The notes under the pieces were generated by a model. That model was given only the letters and a program-made list of their open reading frames with translations, did no database searches and had not been told where the DNA came from. Source: Octopus sinensis (lineage: Eukaryota). Taken from it: a stretch of 35,644 bases of DNA. A program made the translations under genes and the position numbers. The DNA lies in contig NW_021826255.1 in NCBI RefSeq assembly GCF_006345805.1, forward strand, positions 1 through 35,644, read 5' to 3'. The stretch's first letter is position 1; the number at the start of each line of letters is the position of its first letter. Below are positions 1 to 10,888 of this stretch, piece by piece.

Positions 1-264
1 TTAATGACACGGCAGAAACTACGTCGCAAAACCGTTCCGTGCCTGCCCTCTCGAATAACGCATCAATCAACCAATTTCCCGTAGAGGTTGCTTGACCAGA
101 CCATTATCTGTGGAAGATGTACGGAGAAAGATAACAAAAGCGAGACGTAAGAGCTCTACTACTTTGGCAAATCTATAAATATTTCTACAGAAATGAAGAA
201 TTTCCAATCCAGAAATCAGGCACTGGTGATGCATATGAACAATTACACATCTTCTGTAACTTGT

Positions 265-297
<33 letters not shown>

Positions 298-298
<1 letters not shown>

Positions 299-562
299 TC
301 ACCGTGACCGAACAGGCTATCAGAGGTTGCTACACATCGCTGGTTACAATGCGCTTCGCATTGTTTTAGCCTTCAAATGACGCCATCCCGCTGTCTAAGC
401 GAGCAGGCCAACAGAAGAAAGAGTGAGAGAAAGTTGTGACGAAAGCGTGCAGCGATCGCCACCCCCCTCCTGCCGAAGCCCCGTGGAGATGTAGGTGTTT
501 TCGCTCAATAAACACTCACAACGCCCGGTATGGGAATCGAAACCGAGTTCCTGCGACCGGAG
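298..562 (-). mobile_element. tRNA-derived SINE (family H1), 5'-truncated, 3' end running into (TA)n
   Basis: Minus-strand B box GGTTTCGATTCCC (532-544). Body 'gtttattgagcgaaaacac...ctttctctcactctttc' is shared with copies at 7463, 33025 and 35128. Confidence 0.75.
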
Positions 563-738
563 GATCGATATTCCGATATCAATTGCTCTCATATTTCTAG
601 ACTTTTAGAATCTGGTTTTCAAATTATTCCCCTGTGAATGTCTTTAATCCAAGCGTTTTGCATTTACCACCGAAGCTCATGGGAATACTTTTCTAAGTGA
701 CAATATAATCAATGGTACAATTACTATTTTATACAACA

Positions 739-1249
739 CAAGCAGTATCGCCCGGCGTTGCTCGGGTTTGTAAGGGAAATAACTATATAAGCATTTTTAG
801 AGAGTTACTTCCCTTATAGATGCCAATTCGGGATTTGTTAGCCATTTCTGTTTTGGTGTCTTCAAGCCATGAAGTCCTTGTTCTAAAAGAACGCTGGTCT
901 CCTTGACAACGCTTTACGACGTTGATTTCCTTGCACTCCCTTCCCCACAGCTTCACGAGGGAGGGAAGAAGGGGGAGAAGCAAACAGGTGCAGGTGTGAC
1001 TATGGACGCCAACTCCGCCGCCATCGACACACGAAAAAATATGCGTTAAAGTGGAAAAAAATGATGTTAAATTATTTTTAAAATCGTAGACTCATTGTAG
1101 ACGCGCGCTAATACGCAGACGGGCTCGATATGAATCACGACTATAAGATACCCGAATTTGGTTAAACTGCATCGCAAAATGTGGGAGTAGTTAGGAATCT
1201 AATTTGTAGGAGACAGACACTCACACAACTACTGTTTTATATATATAGA
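739..1249 (-). mobile_element. Non-autonomous Helitron-like element, 511 bp
   Basis: Minus strand reads A|TCTATATATATAAAA ... CCCGAGCAACGCCGGG (hairpin, 751-766) CGATACTGCTTG|T: 5' TC, subterminal hairpin, CTTG variant of CTRR, insertion between A and T, no TSD. Confidence 0.75.
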
Positions 1250-1566
1250 TTATTTAAATGTTGTGTAATTCTAAATCCGGAATCAAATATTTGTCTGATA
1301 TAAATTTATTGGGAAGATTATTTACTTGCTAGCGCGGAATGCACGTATTATAAGCGATTGCAAGAGTTTGCTTCAAAGAAGTGATTGTCAAAAACATAAC
1401 ATGTCAGAGCAATAGATCGAAGAATGTTGCTGTTTTCCGAAACAAACATAAAAGAGAAACAAGGACGTGTGAAAATAACTTTATAACAAAACGGAGAACT
1501 AATAAGACGAGTATTACAATATCTCCTGTGCATGTCTAACGAGGCCATGAGTGCGTATGCGTGTGT

Positions 1567-1645
1567 ATACATACATACATACATACATACATACATACAT
1601 ACATACATACATACATACATACATACATGCATGCATGCATGCATG

Positions 1646-1679
<34 letters not shown>

Positions 1680-1692
1680 TATAGATATAGAT
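1567..1692. repeat. (CATA)n/(CATG)n/(TA)n compound microsatellite
   Basis: Directly visible. Confidence 0.95.
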
Positions 1693-1729
1693 ATCCCTTT
1701 GAATATCTTGACTGGTCAGATTGAAAGGA

Positions 1730-2580
1730 TGTTGCATTGAATCCACCGGCCACACCATTTTTTCATTCATTTCGTCCTTAATATCACCCTCCTTTCGCGT
1801 TGCGGTCCCATTATAATCTGTATGTCATCAATCCATCTGAGTGGAGCCCTTTCCAGTAGTCGTTTCTGCTGGAGCAGGTACCAATCCGGAATGCGATTAT
1901 CGCTTCACCGTGCGATATATCCGACCCTTTTGCGATTTCCCCTATCGACTTTGCCGTGACTCTTTTCTCTGTTATTAATCACTACCACCATAGTCACCCT
2001 CGTTTTAATTGCACAGAATATTTCAGGAAGAACGTGATATGTTGAATAAATTTGCGCAAATGACTTGTTGAGGTTTGCTTACAACACATCTTTCGCTGAG
2101 GGGAAGTATTTCCTGCTTAATTTTATTATTACTGCCGAGCTAAATGGTTATAGATGGCCCAAGACGCACATAACTGTCCATCCCCTCCATTTCAGCGCCT
2201 TCAACTACAGCTTCTACATCTGTCATGTCTCCCGACAGAATGTGCATTGTTTTTGCACGGTTTGTCTTCAGGCTAACCGTTGAAGCCCTTATTTTCGGCT
2301 AGTTCAGCACAGTCTCTAACTTCCCAGTACTTTCTGCGGTCAGCGTAACGTTATTTACGAACAGGAAAAGAGTGAGCGGCTCGCATTTGGTTTGCATGCT
2401 GCCGTCCAAGGTGATGCCTTTGATAATGATTTCGTGACAGGATGTGAAGAGTATTGGAGTGATGGCATCTCCTTATTTAACTCATCTCTCGAGAGACACA
2501 CGCGCGAGTGATGATAAAAAGGATACGTTCGTAGTGCATCAGAAATCGCTTCCCTAAGACGTTCATGTACATATATCCAC
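1730..2580 (-). pseudogene. Decayed RTE-clade LINE: reverse transcriptase C-half and C-terminus
   Basis: Translation from 2490: ER*VK*GDAITPILFTSC (RGVRQGDxISPxLF), LTLFLFVNNVTLTAES (LxFADDIVL), VSLKTNRAKTM, then MDSYVRLG (YVYLG); 1940-1821 gives RVGYIAR*SDNRIPDWYLLQQKRLLERAPLRWIDDI (WAGHIAR..DNRW..GRPPxRWxDDI). Contains stops and frameshifts. Confidence 0.85.
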
Positions 2581-2637
2581 GTATATCTAGCTAGTATCTT
2601 TCTTTATATATATATATATATATATATATATTTTACA

Positions 2638-2722
2638 ATGTACCATATATTAAACCAGTGTATTGGATAAAAGATGTCTAAAATATCATATGGCTATATA
2701 TGAATTATATATATAATATGCA

Positions 2723-2774
<52 letters not shown>

Positions 2775-2870
2775 CAATATGCATAAATTATATATATAAA
2801 TCATATATAGCCATATGAGTATATTTAGACATCTTTTATCCAAGATACACTGGTTTAATATATTGTACAT
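2638..2870. repeat. Imperfect palindrome with ~90-100 bp arms centred on (TA)n
   Basis: 'tatattaaaccagtgtattggataaaagatgtctaaa...catatggctatatatga' recurs as its reverse complement at ~2770-2870. Confidence 0.9.
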
Positions 2871-4245
2871 CGAAGAAATATTTCTTCTATGCACATATAA
2901 TATAAAATATTATGTAATATCAAAATTATATCAGATTATATACATGTATATGTTTTGTAGCCTCAATTGGATTCGAAGTGAAACAATTGTTAGTGAAGTT
3001 GTTAATTAATTAATTAATTAATTTGTATCTATCGAATTTCTCCGTTTTCAAACTTAATAACAATATACATACATATATACATAAATACATACGTACGTGT
3101 ATGCATGCATATGTACATACATGCTGTTTTGTTGTAGATTTATTAGCTCTCCAATATTCTTGTGACAGTTACTGGAGCTATACTACCGTCGGACAGAGAT
3201 TTTCAGTAATTTTACTTGGAGTTCTACTAATTTCAAGACGGAAAACGACATATAGATAGGCAGACAGAGATAGAGAGAGAGAAAGAGGGATAGCGAGAGA
3301 GACAGAGAGAGTAGCAGAGATATACACAGTGAGAAATAGAGAGAAAGTGAGAGAGAGAGAGAGAAGCAATGGCAGAGAAAGCATGATTCAGATCAATGAA
3401 GAGGAAGGAAAGAAAGATTTAACTCACTAAAATATGACGTTAGAGCAAAAAACAAATTGTCATAGACAAGGAGAGGACATGTTGTACTGCCAGTTAGAAT
3501 TAAAATGATGGCAAAACATTTTATGAACCACAAAGAAATTGTCAAAAATCTTGTCATTTGAACAGGAAAGAAGAAAAATTGAAAACACGACTACTAAGTT
3601 GCTTAGCTGGATGTCTCAGTTCATAAACACACACATGCAAAGTTGTATGTATGCATGAATTTAGGTGTCATTATGCGTGCATAAAAGTATGTATGCATAT
3701 CTGTATGTACATGTGTCTGTATCTACGTATCTTTGTCTGTATTTATGTAAGAGTATATGTATGTGTGTATTTATGTATGTCTTTATGTGTGCATAAATAT
3801 ATGTATGTTCGTATGTTTGTATGTATGCATGTGCGTATCTGTGCATCTTTGCATGTATGCATGTATGTACGTATGTATGCATCTAGAAGGAAACAGCAAT
3901 TATGTAACCAACTGCATTAGCTTATAGCTGTTGCTGCCACAAGATACAATGGCTCAGAGTAGAGATGTTTGTGCGGCACATTATAGCTCCCTCGAATATA
4001 TGTGTATGTATGGGTGTGTCCATGTGTGTGTGTGTGTGTGCATGTGTGTGTGCGTCTGTGTGTGTATGCGAGTGTGCACGTATGTATATATTACGTATAT
4101 TATTTTATTTTGTGAGGTTTCATTTGCCAATAAGAATCACTTGGACCATTGTTATCTTATCGCGTTTACACTATGGGGCGTATCTATGAATTCCTCGTTT
4201 CAATTTAGTTCTCCTCTGACATCCTCTTATATTTTATAATGCTGA

Positions 4246-4360
4246 AATAAGATCTAGGTTTCCAAAGAGTAAGTCCTGGATTCGATTTGTTCGACTGAAG
4301 ACAGTGCTCCAGCATGGTCGCAATCAAATCACTGAAACATGTAGAAGAATAAAAAGAATG
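4246..4360 (+). mobile_element. SINE 3' tail fragment (same tail as 15280-15376)
   Basis: 'gtgctccagcatggtcgcaatcaaatcactgaaacatgtagaagaataaaaagaatg' matches 'gtgctccagcatggccacagtcaaatgactgaaaca'. Confidence 0.75.
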
Positions 4361-4504
4361 ATTATATATATGTATGTATACATACTTATATAAATTAAAT
4401 ATATGTATATACATATACGTATGTGTATGTGTGTGTGTATGTGTATCTATGTATATATACATACTGATAACATTATATACTACATAAACATATATAAATA
4501 TATA

Positions 4505-4547
<43 letters not shown>

Positions 4548-5349
4548 CAATACAAACACATACATTCTTATTTCTATACAATTAGGCCCTAGGCATTCTT
4601 GCTATTCCTAGACTCTCTCTATTTCCCTTTTCTTCTCTTTCTATACGCACGAACACACACACACACACAAACACACACACAGGCACATGCGAACGCATGC
4701 ACGCACATAAGACCGTATTCAACTGGGTATGATATATAGACGTGTGCAAAGTCCTGTATATGTGCATAGAGAAAGTTGGCAAACGATAAAGATATATCGC
4801 CCTCATACGTCGTCCATATATATTTGTGATTGCATTGCAATATTTATAAAGTTGAAGCGTTTGAACAGAAATCATTTCACATATCTGGTGAGGTTTAAAT
4901 TTGACAGAAAGTCATAAATCTTTCCTTAACTTATATCTTTAGTCATCTGTCTTAATATTTATGACTGAGCTGGACTGCGAATTAACAAAATTGGTAGAAC
5001 TTTGTAGATAATACGTAGTGGTAATTAGTTGTCTAAATCTACGCACGGTGCTAGGATTGTAGCTTGGCTAGCTTTTACTTCCATACCTTAGTGAATTCCG
5101 AGTTAAAATAATCGCTTAAATTGTGTGGTTTGTGTTAACAGCCATTCCACTTCAAAAATGTTCGCGTCAATCTACCTGTCGCTTACGACAGAATAATAAC
5201 CAAGTTATAAACAAAACGAGAACGCAGAAGAAAACAACAAAATAAAACAAAAGAAAACATGTTATGGGATCTACTCGTTCAACAAAAACACTTCAACGCG
5301 TTGCACCAGCATGGCCACAGTCCACAGTTTTATGAGTCAATAAATACAC

Positions 5350-5930
5350 TTTTCCACTGTAGGCAAAAGGCCCGAAATTTTAGGGGAAGGCGCTAGTCAA
5401 TTAGATAGACCACAGTACACAACTGGTATTTAAGTTATCGACCCTGAAATGATGAAAGGCAAAGTCGACCTCGGCGGAATTTGAAATCAGAACGTAAAGA
5501 CAGACGAAATACCTATTTCTTTACTACCCACAAGGGACTAAACATAGAGAGGACAAACAAGGGCAGACAAACGGATCAAGTCGATTACATCGACCCCAGT
5601 GCGCAACTGGTACTTAATTTAACGACCCCGAAAGGATGATAGGCAAAGTCGACCTCGGCGGAATTTGAACTCAGAACGTAAAGACAGAGGAAATACCTAT
5701 TTCTGTACTAGCCACAAGGGGCTAAACACAGAGAGGACAAACAAGGACAGACAAACGGATCAAGTCGATTACATAGACCCCAGTGCGGAACTGGTACTTA
5801 ATTTAACGACCCCGAAAGGATGATAGGCAAAGTCGACCTCGGCGGAATTTGAACTCAGAACATAATGACAAACGAAATACCGTTAAGCATTTCGCCCAAA
5901 CTGCTAACGTTCCTGCCAGCTGGCCGTCTT
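5350..5930 (-). mobile_element. tRNA-SINE trimer (family M): one head plus three bodies, 184-bp period
   Basis: GTCGACCTCGGCGGAATTTGAA at 5464, 5648 and 5832. Single A-box head at ~5881-5929; each unit has a B-box-like GAGTTCAAATTCC on the minus strand. Confidence 0.9.
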
Positions 5931-6011
5931 ATACATCAATAAATATTGTATTCCACCTTTACGACTGATGCTGGAATGTGTCCGTTAAGATGTCATTTTT
6001 ATTGTGAACAT

Positions 6012-6424
6012 TAAAGAAGCGAGCTGGCAGAATCTTTATCACGCCGGAGGAAATGCTTTGCGGTATTTCGCCCGTTGCAGCATTCTGAGTTTAAATTCCA
6101 CCGGGGTATACTTTGCCTTTCATGCTTTCGGGGTCGATAAATGAAGTACCAGTGAAACACTGGGGTCGATGCAATGGACTCATCTCCTCCCCCAACATGA
6201 TTGCCCTTGAATCGACTACTGGCAGAATCGTTAGCACGCCGGGCGAAATACTTAGCGGTATTTCGTCCGCCTTCACGTTTTGTGTTCAAATTCTGCCCAG
6301 GTCGACTTTGCCTTTCATCCTTTCAGAGTCGATAAGTAAGTACCAGTAAAAAACTGGAGTCGATGTAATTGACTCATCCTTTCCCCTAAAGTGGCTGCCC
6401 TTGTGGCAAATTTTGAAACCATTA
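6012..6424 (+). mobile_element. Head-to-tail dimer of family M SINE with 13-bp TSD
   Basis: Two heads 'ctggcagaatc' (~6024, ~6219) and two cores 'ctttgcctttcat..gtcgataa..aagtaccagt'. TTATTGTGAACAT at 5999-6011 and 6425-6437. Confidence 0.9.
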
Positions 6425-6499
6425 TTATTGTGAACATGACAGTTTTGAATCTAAGGAATCCTGGGCTGGGCTAGTGAGTTTCCACCGCGTACAAGTGAC

Positions 6500-6682
6500 C
6501 GAGGAGACAACACTCTCTCTGAAGAGAGCGCCAGTCCGTCGGAGTGTGTCCCATTTGCAGCTGAGAGGACTGGTGCAACGTGCAATGTAATGTTTCGCCC
6601 AACAAAACAACGCATTACCCCGTGTTTGAATCGAAATCATGACGTTGGAGTCATAAGTGCAACAACATAACCACTATGCCAA
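6500..6682 (-). mobile_element. Old tRNA-SINE with CORE-like body
   Basis: Minus strand: TGGCATAGTGGTT (A box), GATTTCGATTC (B box), 'ttgggcgaaacattacattgcacgttgcaccagtcctctcagctgcaaatggg'; similar to 33345-33482. Confidence 0.65.
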
Positions 6683-6683
6683 T

Positions 6684-6822
6684 CACATGAAGACGACCGC
6701 ATTGTGGAAGACAAGGAGCAGTTTGGAAGATGGGAGGTTTAGGCTCGAAGAACTTCGTTGGTCCGGACATATCACCCGACCGGATATGGATCGACCGTGG
6801 AATAGAAAAGAGCATATTGTCA
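6684..6822 (+). pseudogene. Short RTE-like LINE C-terminal fragment
   Basis: Frame at 6741 reads RLEELRWSGHITRPDMDRP, resembling the RLRWxGHxxRMxxDR motif. Confidence 0.5.
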
Positions 6823-7462
6823 CGTGATATAAACTAGACTTTAATTACAAATCGTTTCTGTGTCCAGTTAACGTAATAGTAATACGATTTTATTTCCGAG
6901 CAACAAACTCATTTAGTGGATTGTAACTTATATAAGAATTCATCTGCATACCAAGTACTTACATAGAGAAGGCTATAACGGATGTGCCATACTGTACGTT
7001 GTCTACTTAATTAACAATTTATCTCACACGCCGGAGTGTAAATTATTACTGACGTACAACATAGCTATGTTATATATGAACAAGAATTAGCCCCGAGGTG
7101 TTTGAACAGATTATAAATCATGGTTTAAATTGTTAATATGCATAATGTATACAAATATAGTTTGAAATTTACTGATACAAACCAGCGCACACGCATACTA
7201 AACCATCGAAAATATCGGGCATATACAAGTACAATGGCACACACACACACCACACAACACACAAACTACACACAGAACACACACACCAAACACACCACAA
7301 CAAATATATATATATATATTCTATATACAACAGGGAGAAAGAGAGAGAGAGTGATGTGAGAGAGAGAGAGATCGAGAAAAAGGGAAAATAGATAGGAAAA
7401 ATATTGAGAATTGAATATAGCATATATATATATAATATATATATATATATATTATACATAAA

Positions 7463-7695
7463 GTGGAGGCACATGGCTACTGGTTAGAGCAGCGGACTCG
7501 GGAGATCGCGGGTTCGAATCTCAGACCGGGCGATGTGTGTGTTTATGAGCGAAACACTAAGCTTCACGCGGCTCCGGCAGAAGGTAATGGTGAACTTCTG
7601 CTGACTCTTTCACCACAAATTTCTCTCACTCTTTCCTCCTGCATCTTGCAACTCACCTGCGACGGAACGGTGTCCTGTCTAGGTGGGGAAACCCT
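7463..7695 (+). mobile_element. tRNA-SINE family H1 with intact head
   Basis: A box TGGCTACTGGTT, B box GGTTCGAATCTC; body shared with 298-562. Confidence 0.8.
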
Positions 7696-7925
7696 TATAA
7701 GAAAGCCCTTATGTGTTTGCGTATGTGTGTTTATGAAGGAATAAACAATATAGTACGTGGCTCAAGAAGGAACAAACAATATACATAAAAGCATGTAGTG
7801 TATACGCATTTATACACTTACGTATATATTTATACACATGCATAGGCATACATGCGCACACACACGCATACATACATAGATACATACTTAGATATATGTA
7901 TATGTGGAGGCGCAATGTCTTAGTG

Positions 7926-7992
7926 GTTAAGCCACGTCGAACCTAGTGAGTAGATAGATGGGTGACCGCTTGGGAAACCTAGGTGCTGTAAG
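7926..7992 (+). pseudogene. 5S rRNA-derived fragment (3' ~60%)
   Basis: gttaagccacgtcgaacctagtgagtagatagatgggtgaccgcttgggaaacctaggtgctgtaag follows the metazoan 5S 3' half (GTTAAGCA..GTCG..TTAGTACTTGGATGGGTGACCGCCTGGGAATAC..GTGCTGTA). Confidence 0.8.
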
Positions 7993-8589
7993 TATCTCAC
8001 ATTTTATCGGGCCTTGCTTCTAGAGTAGAAAAGTCAACTAAGAAATACCTAAGAGAGGCCGACCTTATTCAAACTATAGCTTTACCTATAATTCGATCAA
8101 CCACATTTCCTGAGTTGCGCCAGTAGACCGCCAGGTCGTGGAAATTACTGTAATATTAACGCCAAGCATTGTTCATGTATAAGAAAAATTTTAGATTTGT
8201 GAAAATATGTTTGTGACTTATTTCAAGAGCCAAAAGGAAAATTCACTGCAGTCGATGTAGAAAATGTTTCGTATGGTATAAACGTGCGAAAACTCGCTAT
8301 TTGTGCAATACTGCCCGCTTTGGTGATTTAGCTCAATGGGAAATAGCAGTTGAAATACGTAACACGTGTTTTACCTTAACCTAAACATGGTGGGGGTCAG
8401 AAGTCTGAATAATGTACGTATGGTAGATGTGGTGGCAATGGTTGTGGTACGGCCGTTTATAATGCAGCTTTGCTATAAGTTCCAGGTTGAAAAATTGTCA
8501 TTGTTTTGATGAAAATTGTTCATTGCTTGACAAATATTGTACAAGTTTGATAAAATTTAAATACGTACTCACAGAAGGCTTACTAAGAA

Positions 8590-8678
8590 GGCTTACGAAG
8601 AATAAGCCCTGAGGTCGATGTGTTCGGCTAAAGGCTTTGCTCCAGCATGACTGAAACAAATCCAAGAATAAAAGACTA
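8590..8678 (+). mobile_element. SINE 3' tail fragment
   Basis: 'aagaataagccctgaggtcgatgtgttcggctaaagg..tgctccagcatgactgaaacaa' matches 15280-15360. Confidence 0.65.
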
Positions 8679-8816
8679 TATATATTCATGTATGTAGGAA
8701 GGGAGAGAGAGAGAGAGACAGACATACAGACAGACAGAGTGACAGAGAGAGAGACAGAGAGAGAAGACATACATAGACATAGATAGATAGATACATTAAT
8801 AGCTAGCTAGCTACAT

Positions 8817-8852
<36 letters not shown>

Positions 8853-8867
8853 CATACATATATATAT

Positions 8868-8899
8868 GATAGATAAATAGATAGATAGAAAGATAGATT

Positions 8900-8958
<59 letters not shown>
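8868..8958. repeat. (GATA)n microsatellite
   Basis: Directly visible. Confidence 0.95.
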
Positions 8959-9499
8959 CTAGGTGTGAGGTGTAAAATTTACGTATGTCAAAAGGTATTA
9001 GCCATGAATTATTGAGTCATCACACACCAGAAACTATACCAATATACAATAACTGTATGAGAAGGGCCGCGCACACAGTGGGATCGATGCGCATTAATGC
9101 CGAGGTAACAACCACACACAGTTCGGGCTTTATTCTAACATGTAAAAGGTTCTTATAGAAGTAGTTTACCGTGATCAGAGAACCGTATTCCACAGAGCCA
9201 GGTATACACACGAAGCTCTTGCAAATAATAAAGCCTAAAGCCAGTGGAAGCTAATGCTACTCGACATTGAAAGCAATCAGATTATTAAATATGTGACGCT
9301 AAGCACTATAGCATATCATACAGAAATGTGCACTCTGACACACACACACGCGCGCTTGTACTCACACACACACACTCACACACACACACACACATAAACA
9401 CACACACAAACAAACAAAAACTCTTACACAGCACATGAAAATAATAACAGCTTCCGTGGATGCTGGTGTAGATCTCTATAATGGTATTGAAAGACCGTT

Positions 9500-10060
<561 letters not shown>

Positions 10061-10454
10061 AGTGTAGGGGAGACAATGTGAAAATGAGAGAAGTGTGTTG
10101 TCTGCTTGGGAGGTGAAACAGCAAATTATAAGAATTATAATAAAAGAGTGTGAAGGAAGGGTGTGATGTGGAGGCTAAGAATATATTCTGCGTCTAATAA
10201 TTCCTCTTCTACAATATCATAAACACATTAAGTTGCAATTCCGATGAACTAAGCTTTCAATTTCACTTTGCTCCACGCTGGGGAGGAAGACATTGAAAAA
10301 CAAGCGAAGATATTATGGGATATGGCCCCCCTGTGGTGGGTGTATCTCGAAAAGAAAATATCAATCATTTTTAGAACAGATTTGATTATATTTTAATGTT
10401 ACTTTTTTCAATCCATCATCATTGCCGTTTGACGTCGCCGTCGTTGTCGTCAAT

Positions 10455-10855
10455 AACCACCATCATCATCATCATCATCACCATCATCATCATTATCATC
10501 ACCATCATCATCATCACCATCATCACGATCATCATCATAATCATCATCATCACCATCACGATCATCATCATCATCGTCGTCATCATCATCATCATCATCA
10601 TCATCATTATCATCACCATCATCATCATGATCATGATCATCATCATCATCATCACCATCATCATCATTATCATCACCATCATCATCATCACCATCATCAC
10701 CATCATCATCATCATCATCATCATCATCACGATCATCATCATAATCATCATCATCACCATCACGATCATCATCACCACCATCACGATCATCATCATCATC
10801 ATCGTCGTCATCATCATCATCATCATCATTATCATCATCATTATCATCGTTATCA

Positions 10856-10887
<32 letters not shown>
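10455..10887. repeat. Long (CAT)n array grading into (TAT)n
   Basis: Directly visible; source of the poly-H/I/D/M ORFs. Confidence 0.95.

Positions 10888-10888
<1 letters not shown>

Noticed and set aside
3440-3495. IVI-DK-G-HVVL resembling the Penelope ADKG motif
   Set aside because: Needs frameshifts and has no supporting neighbouring motifs.
5350-5930. CRISPR-like or hammerhead retrozyme array
   Set aside because: Units repeat over their full length with no unique spacers, and I found no CUGANGA/GAAA core on either strand.
7463-7530. Functional tRNA gene
   Set aside because: A and B boxes are present but there is no complete cloverleaf, and it continues into a SINE body.
7926-7992. Functional 5S rRNA gene
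   Set aside because: 5' ~50 nt missing, several substitutions, no oligo-T terminator.
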